Shown here: one piece after another, positions 11,980 through 22,605 of the stretch
How the letters are laid out: each line of letters begins with the position of its first letter
How positions within the stretch are numbered: the stretch's first letter is position 1
Source of the DNA: Fonticula alba ATCC 38817
Taxonomy: Eukaryota; Protista; Nucleariida
DNA: 34,816 nucleotides
Strand: one strand, 5' to 3'
Assembly (NCBI GenBank): GCA_000388065.2
Contig: KB932201.1
Notes under the pieces: generated by a model
What the model saw: only the letters and a program-made list of their open reading frames with translations
What the model was told of the DNA's origin: nothing
The model's database searches: none
Made by a program: the position numbers and the translations under genes

Positions 11980-13357
11980 CTACTGGCAATCGAGGCGGGC
12001 TTGGACCTTGCGAGCAAGGCGGTCGGCCAGGATGGCATTGCGGATGACCTCCAGGCGATCGGCCACCACGGTGAGGGCCAGCCTCGAGGCGTGGAGCACG
12101 GTCGCCGGGGCAACCGGCGCGCCACCAGGCTTGACCACCAGGCACACTTCATTTTGCCGATTGACCACCACCGTCAGGATGGCGCCCTCGGAGTCATTGT
12201 CGGCCACGGACTCGGCATCGGACTTGGGGTTCTCGGCCGCCGGGGTGAGAGGCTTGTGCGCCATCATGGAGAACATATTGATCAAGTTGGTGGGCTTGAC
12301 CAGGGGCGGCTGCAGGGTGAGCTCCTCCTCCTTGGAGCTGGGGTCGAGGATCATATCAGACGAGCCGCGCAGGAAGGCAAACGACAAAGCCAGTGGCGTG
12401 TGGTGGATGCTTAGCGGCAGGGGGGCGCGCTCGGTCGGGGGATGCTGTGCAGGTGTCCGCCAGGGGGGGTGAGGGGGGGGGGGGGGGGACATCAATGGGT
12501 GTTGATTGGATGTCGCGGACTGTTAGAGGTGCGAGGGGCGGTGGCCGGAGCCTCAGGAGGGGGAAGAAGAAGAAGAGAAAGGGGGGGGGGGAGGCAGGAC
12601 ACGGGGCAAATGTGCACGCACGATGACCACCGACCCGGCATCATTGACCGAGAAGGCCGGACGACGGAAGTGCAGAAGGGCCGCGATGGCCGCGCATGTG
12701 GCCGCGTCTACCAGTGATCCATCATCATTCAGAACGCGGATGTCCACGCGAATGGCCAGGACCTTGGTGCCAACCTCGATGCACAGCTGGGTGGTGTCGA
12801 TGACACGGGTCTCGCTGATGGCCCGGTCAACCAGGCGCTGGACCTGGCTCGCGGGAATGGTCGGGCTGTTGGCCGGGGGGGAGGGGAGGGGCGATTGGAC
12901 AGAGGCGAGAGGAGGTCAGTGGTTTGAAAGACGAGGGACAGGCCCCGGGCCGATCGATGCGCGCGAGAACGGAGGGGATGAGCACGCACGGCATGTCCGC
13001 CGGGATGTCGCAGTTGACGGCGAAGGTACCCTCGGCCGGGCGGTCGATGGTGGGGGTGATGATGGTGGCCGAGACCCGGGCAATGACAACGGTTTGGCCA
13101 ACACGAGCTTCGGCATGGCCACGCTGCCACTGGCAGTCGACCGCGGCCGGGACAGACAGGTCATTGAGCGGATCCAGGGAGGTGTCGTCACGGGCCGCGG
13201 CGTCCAGGGCCACTTGGTCGACGACTGGCGACCCGACGAAGGAAATCTTCAAAGCACGCGGCTCATACACGCTCCGGCCATCAATCCGAACCTTGCGCTT
13301 GCAAGATTCCAGCATGAAAAGCCGGTTGGTATAGGCGGTGGCGGAGGTCTTGTTCAT
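11980..13357 (-). CDS. RRP45: Exosome complex component RRP45 (EXOSC9), RNase PH-like, 3 exons
   Basis: Exons 13357-12990, 12865-12622 and 12444-11980. Motifs RIDGRSVYEPRALKISF, RVIDTTQLCIEVGTKVLAIRVDIRVLNDDGSLVDAATCAAIAALLHFRRP and TERAPLPLSIHHTPLALSFAF match EXOSC9/Rrp45. Confidence 0.93.
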
Positions 13358-13810
13358 TGCGTCCCTCAGGCGGATGTTTCGGATACCTGGGCTGGTGGTC
13401 GGGCGAGGGCGAGGGCGAGAGCGAGGGCAGGGGCAAGGGGGGGGGAGGAGGAGAGCAGATGAAGGAAGGGGGAAAGGGAAGAGAGGAGGGGGATGGAAAG
13501 AGGGCGCTTGTTGCCCGTAAGCACCCGCATCCAGGGCGACGGCCCTTGAGGGGATCCCCCCGGGTGAGATCGGGCGCCCGGCCTGATTGCGTGGGGGCCC
13601 CCCCCCCCCCCCCCCCCCCCTCTCCCCGCCCCCATGGTCGGGCCTTCTCGGGGCTGACGCCAATTCCCAGCGGCTGGACGAGGTGCCTACTGGGGGGCGG
13701 GGGGCGGGGGAGGCTGGAGAGGCAAGGTGGACCACGCTGGGTTGGCAGCGGGGTTCGGGCCCGATCATTGGTACCGGCGTGGGATCTGGAGTTGGAGATC
13801 CCTATTCCAA

Positions 13811-13826
13811 ATATAAAAATATATAT
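13811..13826. promoter_or_regulatory. AT-rich/TATA-like island in the divergent RRP45 / She9-like promoter
   Basis: ATATAAAAATATATAT lies in otherwise GC-rich DNA between the divergent ATGs at 13357 (-) and 14180 (+). Confidence 0.35.
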
Positions 13827-14179
13827 GCCAGTTTATGTGATGCGGCTGGTGAAAACCCCTGGACAACTGCGCGCGCGTACTTCTGGCATTCGCTTCCTGT
13901 GAGGGCAGGATCGCCAGCCGGTCCGGAGCGCGGCGGAGCCATTTTGGGCTGGCCGAAGTCGCTGGATGGATGCATCCTCGACGGATCGGCTGTTGGTGTT
14001 GAGGGCAGCTGGTTCTTCGGCAACCGGCCCCGAGGTCCGGCGGCTGGTCCCCGGTGCCAGGGCGCTGTTGCCTTTCTTCTCTCTCTCCTCCTCCTCCTCC
14101 TCCTCCTCCCTACTTGCCCCTTCCTCTCTTTTGCGTCTCTTCCTTTCATCGGATCTTCCTTCACTCGATCTCGAGCGGC

Positions 14180-17100
14180 ATGAGCAACAAGGCGTCTCCC
14201 GGTCCCGGGGACCAGGCCTCCTCTCCTTCGCCCCCAGGGCAAGGGCCCTTGCACTCGCACCAGCACCCGCACTCGCACCAGCACCAGCACCCGCACCCGC
14301 ACTCGCATGCACACCCGCACTCGCATGCCCATCTCCATAGCCAGCAGATCTCGGGTCATGGTGCCCCACCCGCGCAGTACTACTACGCGCCGGCTGCCAC
14401 GCAGCACCCGGCCTTCTATGCGTCCATGGGGTATGCCTACCCCGGGAGCTCGACACTTGCCGCGCCAGATCCCAATCAAACACCCGATCGCAGCAGTTCA
14501 GGGCCTTCCTCCCAGGCGCCCCCCGGCATCGGCGGCAATGCCCTACGGTCGGACTTTCATCCCTCGGGCTCATCAACGGCTCCAGGGGCCACGGCAACTG
14601 GCCCGGCCTCGCCCCCATCGCCACAACACTATGCCCAGGCGTACTACGATCCGCGATACATGGCGGCCGGTGGTGGGCCCCAGGCTCCGGGGTATTTCTA
14701 CCCTGCGGCGACTCCTGTCCACCCGGGCGAGCATTTTGCCTCGGTTCCTGGCATGTCAGCCCCGGCGTACTATGGCCAGACGCCCGGCGGCTATTACTAT
14801 TACCAGCAGCCGGCGACGCCGTATGTCCAGCCGGCGGCACCCCCTGCAATGAACAGATCTCCCTCAACAACAGCGCCGGCACCGATGCCGACCCCCTCAC
14901 CGGCATCGGCATCGGCGCCGGCGAGTTCACCATCCTCGGGGCCTGGCGCCTATGGAGACACTCTGGACGGTGCGTCTGCGCTGGCGGGATCTCGGCCGGT
15001 GCTCTCTCCTTCCATCGATTTCTCTGCACTCGGCGGGACTTTCGGCACCCTCCCCCTCCTTTTTTTTCCTGACTCCATGTATCACAGACGATGACTCAAT
15101 GAGCGTCCTGGAGGATGCAAGCCCGCTCGACTTTGCCGGTGTCTATTTGGAGTCCGATCTGGAGCCTGATGCCGAGCTGGATCTCGATGGGAGCATTCCG
15201 CCGGGTGGGCATCCTCCCGACGGGCTGGACATCCAGCAGCCGGCCATGGCAGCTGCAGCCACCGCCGCAGCCACCGCCGCAGCCACCGCCACAGCCACCG
15301 CCACAGCCACGGGCGCCGGCGGGTCGATGACGCCTCCTGCATCGGGCCCCTCTGCGGCTTCCTCGGCTCAGTCTGCGCCCAAAAAGGCGACGCTGGCAAC
15401 CCCCCCGGCAAGCCCTCAAGCCGTGCCCTCGCCAGGGGCTGATGTCGTGTCCACTCCAGGTGCTCGAGCCATGCCCCCTTCCTCCGCTGCTGCGTCCGGT
15501 TCCTCCTCTGCTGCCGAGATCCCTTCACATGCCCCTCCTGCGACAGTGGCGCCAGGCAGCACGCCGGCCGGCCCCAATGGGCTACCACCCCAGTTCCTGA
15601 TGGAGGCCGCCCAATCCGAGGGGATGGCCGCCGCGTTGGCCGCCTTTACATCGTCCTCGGCCAGCAGCAGTCCGAGCAACAGAGGCGAGAATGCCGGCAG
15701 TGCCGGCGGCCGCGACAACCCCGGCAGCCCCAGCTCTGGTGGCAGTGCTGCCGGTGGCAGTGCCAGCAACGCCGGGGCTTCCTCCACCGCCCACAAGCCC
15801 AACAACTGGATCCACTCGACCTCGGGCAAGGCGGCATCTCAGCTCCGGACAATGGTCAACGGTGCGCAGGGGCGCCTGGCGGACACCGTGCAGCAGGCCT
15901 TCCGCCAGTCGAGCTCGAGCACTTCACTTGCCGGGGCAACGATCTCCGGCGTATCGGCGCACGTGGCTTCGCGCTTGCAGGTATTGAGACTTCCGTGCTG
16001 TTGCTGGGCCGTTGCCGTGCCGTTACTGACACCTTGCTTATGGTGGTGGGGCGCTGCCAGTCGATTGCGTCGATTTTCATGAGCGTCATGGACCTGGCCA
16101 CCGGCCAGACAGCCATCAAGGCGGCACACGCGGCCTCTGATCGAGCCAAGGAATTGTACGAGGAGTCGCTGAAGGCCGAGCGCCAGGCTTTTGCGCGGTT
16201 TTACCGGTTTCTGGAGGACTCCACCAAGGCGCGTCAGGCATATGAGGCGGCACGCAGCCGCGTGACCGAGGCGCACCTGGAGTGCATGCGCACGCCGACC
16301 GGCTCGCACCCGACGGCCATCACACAATCGCTGGCCGAGCTGGACAAGGCCACGCGGAAGTTGGCCGAGCATGAGGCAGCGCACCAGAATACACTGGCTC
16401 GCTTTGCGAAGGCGGATGCTTCACTGCGGAATGCCCTGGCCGAGCGGCACACCCTCTGGGCCCGGTGGAATTCCCTTGCGCAGGATGCCCTGGCCCGTGA
16501 CCGGCGATACACCGACCGGAATAGCCGGCTGGGGTTGATCTTTGTGGTGGTGAATATCGGAATTGCACTGGCTCGGTTTTACGGCGAGCCGGCTCGCGTG
16601 GCCGCTCGAGCGGCGCAGCGGGCCGCCGAAACCATGGACGATGTGCGGAGCATCACGCAGGGCATCGCCCAGTCGATGTCCTCCGGCGGTGTGGCCGTCG
16701 CGGCGGCCGGCGCCGCCGGCGATGCCGCGTCCCCGACCGGGCCCCCGGCATCCGACAACAATGGAGCCATGGCTGCCGAGCTTCGTGAGCTTGCTCTCCA
16801 GCAGGAGGCCCTGGTCCAAAAGCTGGATCGGGTCCTGGCGCGGCTTGGTGATGACGCGGCTGGGGCTGCCTCATCGAGGGTTCCACTGGCCTCCCAAGCG
16901 ACAGTCGCCCCGGCGGCCGATGTGCCGGCTCCCCCGGCGGCCGATGTGCCGGCTCCCCCGGCGGTGGACACCGCGACCCCTCCAACCTCCGATGTGACTT
17001 CGCCTCCCATGCCCGGGGGGGTGACTGTCCCAGCGGCGTCTCAAGAGCCCCCGGCGTCGGGTCCGGGCGCTTGCCAGCCTGACTCGGTGGCCGCCGGCTC

Positions 17101-17578
17101 GGGTGGCATTGTCTCTGACGAGGCTCTCCGGGCATTCCTCTTTTACTTCGGCGCCGGGACCCTCTGCCGGCCGACCGGCACGGCGTTCGGCGACTCAATC
17201 TGTGTGCCAGATGTGCAGGTGTCGACAGCGGCGCCGACGTCGGGGGCCTGGCCGACGGCCGTATGGCCGGCAGTCGGCTGGCGCCCGGTGACCCCCTCGG
17301 TGTGGGCGGACCCGGCTCACGCCCGGGCCATGGCAGCCTTGACGCACCCGGGGCTGATGGCGTCGTTGGACCGGCATCTGGAGGCCGCTTGGCCGCGAGC
17401 CGGCCTGGTGCCGGGCTCCTTGGCTGGCAGGGTGCCGGCTCCGTCTGATTCCAGCGGCGGCTGGTGGCCGAGCAGCATGATTAGCCGCCTTAGTGGTCTG
17501 CCTCCTGTCACTCTTCTTGTCGGGTCCACCTCGGTGACCGTTGCCCTGTCTGCCTTCACACTGTTCCTTGCATCCTAG
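14180..17578 (+). CDS. She9/Mdm33-like mitochondrial inner-membrane coiled-coil protein with a long low-complexity N-terminal extension (about 1066 aa as modelled)
   Basis: Exons 14180-14969, 15088-15980 and 16061-17578 join in frame; intron 2 has a TACTGAC branch point at 16024-16030. RLQSIASIFMSVMDLATGQTAI resembles the She9 LQ..I....LND.TGYS.I motif as I recall it. A coiled coil follows, then TM1 LGLIFVVVNIGIALARFYGEP (cf. She9 GLMGVN...VEP) and a C-terminal TM LLVGSTSVTVALSAFTLFLAS. The family assignment is from memory. Confidence 0.6.
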
Positions 17579-17821
17579 AGGCGCCGGGGCTTGTTGAGCA
17601 GGCCAGGGCCCGGGAGACGCGCGATCGCCTTCTCCCCCCTCGACACGTCGCACCACGGCAAGTGTGCATGCGCTGTGTGCCAACATTCCGGGAGCGAGCA
17701 GCAGCCACATCCTCGCACAAGTGGGCATATGTGTCCATGTGGATGCGTGTCATCGTGGCCTTCCTCCCTGTCCCTGTCCTTGTCCTGCGCGTGGTGGCGC
17801 GAGCCCACCCACCGCAGGTAG

Positions 17822-17827
17822 AATAAA
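17822..17827 (+). terminator. Possible AATAAA polyadenylation signal for the She9-like gene
   Basis: AATAAA about 245 nt downstream of the stop at 17578, in GC-rich DNA where the hexamer is rare. Confidence 0.25.
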
Positions 17828-18414
17828 GCATTTCCCCCGGGGCCAGGCGCGGCCACCTGGAAGTTGGACAATCTCGAGACCATCCTGTTCTGATGGCCCA
17901 GAACACCGGCGCATCTTAATAGGGTGTGGTCCGTGTTAACTCTCGCACGATTCAGGTAGTCTTTGTTTTTTTCCCCCACCACCGCCACCACCACGGGTGG
18001 GCACCTGCCCAGGGATATCCTCTTGTGGCATGCTTTTCCCCCTGCTGGAGACGCACACTTCCCGTCTTGGCGGGCTCTTGGACTGGGATGCCAGCGATGT
18101 TATGTTCTCCCCCCCCCCCCCCCGTTCTCCGCTCGGTACTCCGGCGGAGGATCTCCCCTTGAAAGTGTTTACTCTCCTCCGGGGGACAGGAAAGCGCGCG
18201 GGGGGGCGGGGGAGGGGGGGGGGGAACCAGAAGACAGCACTGTTGAGGGAGTCCGATCGCCCTTGGCATGGAGCTGTTGCTAACTGTGCTCCCTCCGCCC
18301 TCCTCCTTGTCCTTTCTCAAGCTCCCCGAATCACCCTCCCCCTCTCATTCCTCCCTTGCCTCTGTCCCTTTCTCCTCCCCTTCTTTGTCTCTTTCTCACC
18401 CACTCCACGACGGG

Positions 18415-19798
18415 ATGTCGTCACAACCGCCTCTCCAGGGCGATGGGCCGTTTCCCCCGGCCGGCCATGCGGTTGCGCGGCCGTCCCCTCAGATCCCCCC
18501 ATGTGCGCATGGACATGCCCCCCTCCGGCCTTCTCTTCAAGCGGGTGCCTCGGTCATTTTCGCCTGGGCCATAACTGACCTCCCTCCCTCCCCACGCTCC
18601 TGTGGCTCTTCCAGTCATTGCTGGCCCGGCTCCAGAGCGCGTGCATGCGATGCGACTTGAGGCCCTGAAAAACCGAAGCTCGGCCCGGTATCACATCCGC
18701 CCGAACCCCCCGCGCGCCGATGTCATCGCCCGCAAAGACCTTCCCCAGCCCCTGCTAGCCAGTGTATTCAGTGCCATTGATCCGCTGAATAATGCCTGCT
18801 CGACGGCCGGCAAATCCGGTGCGCCATTGCCCCTGTGGCCCGATGTCAGTGCATCCGGCTGTAGACCACTAACCCATGGCCGGTTGCCGGTTGTCGCGGA
18901 CGCCGTCCGGTTTCTTTTTTTTTTCTTTTTCCCTTTTTTGCCCAGCCGTTCGGTCATATTCCGAGGCCATTGCCACCGCGGTCCACTCGCCGACCGATGA
19001 CCTTTTCCGGACGGTAAACAGTGCCCGCGTGTGTGTCGAGCATTCTGAGAAGACACAGGTAGGCACCGCGTGCGTGCCAACTTGCCCTTGCCTTGGCCTG
19101 GCTTTAACATGATCGCCCTCCCCCCGACGTGTCCCCTTTGTCCCTGGTTCGGCAACCGGATCAGCGCTCCACCGGGCCTCTGGCCGATCGTTTCTCCGGT
19201 GCCACCAACGACCTAAATCACTCGCAAGAGGCGGTGAATGACCTGTCGCAAATCGGTATGGCTCCTTGCTCCTTCGGTTCCCGGTCATATATGTATATGC
19301 TGACCCTTTTCTTTTTTCTTTTTCTTTTTTGCAGACAACTTCCGCCGGGTGCAAACGCTCATCAGCACGTCGACCAACCTGATGCGAAAGATCGCCGCGC
19401 GCGAAGCCCAACGGATCAACGAATTGAATGCCGCGCGAGTGGGACGGTCGGCCTCGATGGCCGCGCGCTCGGTGTTGGCCACCGGGCAGACTGCCCCGGT
19501 GGCGCCGGCTGCCCCGGTGGCGCCGGCTGCCACGGCTGCGGTGCCTGCTCCGTCCACTGTGTCTGCGCCTGCGCCTGCCGTGACGCCTGTGCCTGCTGCT
19601 GCGACCGCGCCGTCTTCCACGGCCGCACCCATCCCGGAGGCTGCCATGGTCTCGAGTGCCCCTCAGCCCGAGGAGACGATGACCTCTTTCGGGGCTGGGG
19701 CCCAAGAGTCTCCCTCGCACTCGGGAACATGCACACCGCAACAGCAGCCGGCGGTGGCTGGGAGTTCCGAGACCCAGGCCACCATGCCCTCGGAATAG
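18415..19798 (+). CDS. BORCS8 (MEF2BNB)-like protein with N-terminal extension and Ala/Pro/Thr-rich tail, 5 inferred exons, about 319 aa
   Basis: Exons 18415-18502, 18615-18818, 18946-19058, 19165-19255 and 19335-19798 are phase-consistent with GT-AG ends. The core SYSEAIATAVHSPTDDLFR...FSGATNDLNHSQEAVNDLSQIDNFRRVQTLI aligns with near-identical spacing to BORCS8 as I recall it (KFTESVYVLANEPSVALYR...QGAIYTVEYACSAVKNLVDSSVYFRSVEGLL). The first two exons are less certain. Confidence 0.55.
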
Positions 19799-20118
19799 TC
19801 GTCGTCCCCCCTCCTGGCTCCGCCCCCCCCCCCTTTGTTCCTTCCCATTCGAGCCCCCGCTTGGCCCGCTCAATGTGCCTCATTTGTGGGTCTTCACGGC
19901 CGCAGCCATTCCTCTGTGCCGCCGGTCCTCCTCTTCTCAATACACTCCCCTGCACGATGAAAAGCCCCGGCGCGATGAGCACGTATCGTGAGCAGCGGCC
20001 CTTCTCACACCTGGGCGTCTATGTTCGGCGGGCGGGCGGGGGGGGTGCCCGGTGTGGGACAAAGAAAAAAAAAAGAGGGCAACGGGCAAACCAACAAAGG
20101 GCCATGTGGAGGGGTGGA

Positions 20119-22134
20119 TTATGGGTCTTCCGTGCGCTGGCGCTTGGCTTGTGGGGGTACACTGGGCACCGACTCCGGCTCCGAGTCGCTGTCGCTATCG
20201 GAGCCGCCCATGTACCCGGCGAAGAGGGCCTGCAAACTGCCGGTCCCAGGAGGCGGGACCATCGATGGAGGGGGGACCGTGGTCGCGATGACGGCGGGCG
20301 GCCTCCGCGCCCGACGGGCCTTCTGGTGGATCCATTCCGGGTCGGCGGACAAGTCTTCCAGGGGGACCAAGCACACTCGCGTGTCGATGGATGGACGGCT
20401 GGGCGGGTGTGCAACCGGCAGGGTGCCAGAAGTGGGAGGCATGGGGTCGGTTTCACTTTCGAAGAAGGAAACCGGCTCGTCCGCCTGCGAGTCACCATGT
20501 GCAGACCGGCCGCCCGGGAGATGGGCCGTAGGGGAATCGCTGTCTGCCTGGATCAGATGGGCAACATCTGCCGGCGAGCAGGCGAGGATCGCCGGAAACT
20601 CGATGACCTCGCCCGCGTGCCGGAGCAACGTCCCAAGTGTCAACCGAAGAGAGGGCAGTAGAAAGAACTCACGCTGATTGGCCTGAACATGTGCGGAGCA
20701 GGGGGGTGGGGGTGAGCCAAGGGAGGGGGAAAAAATGTGTGCAACGGCATGCCGGGAACCAGGGGCAGTCGCACCTTGCCCGGGGTTCGACGGATGAGAA
20801 AGACGACCGGCTCGCCGGCATCGACAGCCCCTTCGTGGATGGCTGCTGCCGAGGGAAATGCCGTGACATCGAACCCGTCAGCCGGTTGGTCGGCTTCGGT
20901 CTCGCCAGGCGGGAGATCACTCTCCGTCAGGCTGCTGAGTGGACGGACAAATTCCGGCAACGTGCCGGCTTGCGGCGCCTTGGGATCGAGGGACCTGGCA
21001 TCGGGAGCTTTGCCAGGGGCAGGAGCCACGGCTGCCGGCTCCAGAACCCGATCGGGGAAGGCCTCCTGATAGGCTGCAAGGAGAGGGCCAAAGTGGGCCT
21101 GGCGCCCGGGCGCGACATGCCAAGCCCGCGCGGCCGCATGAAGAACAGCTGCCATGGGAGCATCCTCCGGGACACTGCTCCTCGTCAGAATGGGCACAAG
21201 GGCAAAGGGGGGGGGGGCCGAAAGAAGGGAAGAAAAAAGAAAAAAGCAACCCCCAAGGGGGATGAGCAGGAAGCGCACCTGACAAGAGTCACACGGGCAT
21301 CGGGTGAGGTCTGGTCCGAGAAGAGAACAATCTCCAGGCGCCAATAGATTTTCTTCTCCCTGTGGGCGTGTGTTAGGAAGGCTCATTGACGGCGAAAAGA
21401 GCAGCCAGGGGAAAGGGGCGGTCTTTCTTTTCCCCGAACCAGGGGCACATACGAGATGTGGAAGTAGGAGGTGTTGGCCAGAGACCGGCTCATGCCTTGG
21501 GGGAGGAACTTCAGCGTCACCCCCCGGCGGGCAGCATGCTTGGCCAGCAGCCGCAAGCGTGGGGGCACCTGATGTTGGGGATTGCCAGAGCCCCCGGGAG
21601 CCGAGCGCCGGCCTCGAGATCCGGGACCCGAGGAGGCCGGCTGGTTGGCGCTCCCCCCGGGCCCCCCTCGCCGGGCAAGGGTGTTGTGCTCGATTTGGCT
21701 GGCCTGTGTAACTCGCTGAATCTCATGGAGGAAGGTCAGATCGCGCTGGAGCTGCCCGGTGTCAAAGTGCGCCAGTTTGACCATCTGGTTGTCCGGAGTG
21801 GGGCGGGAGCCGGAGCATGCCGCCTGCTCGCGGTGCTGGCGGACGCAAATCAGCGAGCAGGTGACTGCCCGGCAGGAGGGGCACCGGTACTGAGGGGGCG
21901 TTGGAAGGCAGAGGACAGGGTGGTGGTGGTGGTGGTGGTGGTGGTGGTGGTGAGGATGGCGAGGGGATGGGTCAGCGGCGGAGGAACACCAGGGGAACAT
22001 GAATGGGCTTGGGTTCGCACCTTCCACGGATTGGATGTGCAGACCGAGCACATGGCGGGCGTCGGGCCCATTGCGGAGGGAGGGCCCGATTCACGAGCGC
22101 CTTCCTCGGGGAGGGGATGGCCCGGGGCGGTCAT
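20119..22134 (-). CDS. BCD1: Box C/D snoRNA protein 1 (BCD1/ZNHIT6), HIT zinc finger, 5 exons
   Basis: Exons 22134-22021, 21889-21453, 21359-21279, about 21180-20775 and 20673-20119. Spliced zf-HIT CSVCTSNPWK|YRCPSCRAVTCSLICVRQH. Further motifs: FDTGQLQRDLTFL, LLAKHAARRGVTLKFLPQGMSRSLANTSYF, KKIYWRLE and LGTLLRHAGEVIEFPAI. Confidence 0.9.
21919..21951 (+). repeat. (GGT)11 trinucleotide repeat in BCD1 intron 1
   Basis: Read directly; it lies between the donor at 22020 and the acceptor at 21890. Confidence 0.9.
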
Positions 22135-22152
22135 AGTGGGATTGACCTATGT

Positions 22153-22153
22153 G

Positions 22154-22185
<32 letters not shown>

Positions 22186-22186
22186 T
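22153..22186 (+). repeat. (GTGC)8.5 tetranucleotide repeat just upstream of the BCD1 start
   Basis: Read directly; an alternating purine-pyrimidine tract about 20 bp from the ATG at 22134. Confidence 0.9.
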
Positions 22187-22422
22187 GTGTATGCTTCAAT
22201 GTTTCTCTGTGTGCGTGTGTCTGTGGAGGGGTTTGCCCGCGGGCCCGGAGGTAAGCTATTCTGGGATATCGCGAAAAGGGCGCCAGAGGAGGATGAGGGG
22301 AGGCGAGGGGAGGATGAGGGAGGCTCTTGCCCCCCTAGAGCAGGAAGGCATCGCCATGGCGACTCAAGGGGGCTGTCATCCCCGCGTGGGGGATTGGCCA
22401 GTCGGGACCGCGCCCCCCCCCC

Positions 22423-22432
22423 NNNNNNNNNN
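22423..22432. other. Assembly gap (10 N) inside a poly-C tract
   Basis: N run flanked by C runs on both sides. Confidence 0.99.
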
Positions 22433-22605
22433 CCCCCCCCCCCCTGCGACTGGCAATCGAAGAGGGCAGGGCCCAGGAAGACACGCACGGGCGCGGACAG
22501 ATGGATTGGGCCGCGTGCGCTTGTGTGCACATGCCCCCCGTGTGCCTTTGTGCTTGCCGGGGAGATTGGTGGATCAGGTGCGTTGGCAGTATATTGTGTA
22601 TATTG

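Noticed and set aside
17575-17994. Minus-strand ORFs just downstream of the She9-like stop
   Set aside because: No recognisable motif; best explained as the antisense of the She9-like 3' UTR, which contains AATAAA.
21919-21951. Poly-His tract in ORF 21383-22051
   Set aside because: It lies in BCD1 intron 1; splicing it out restores the HIT zinc finger.
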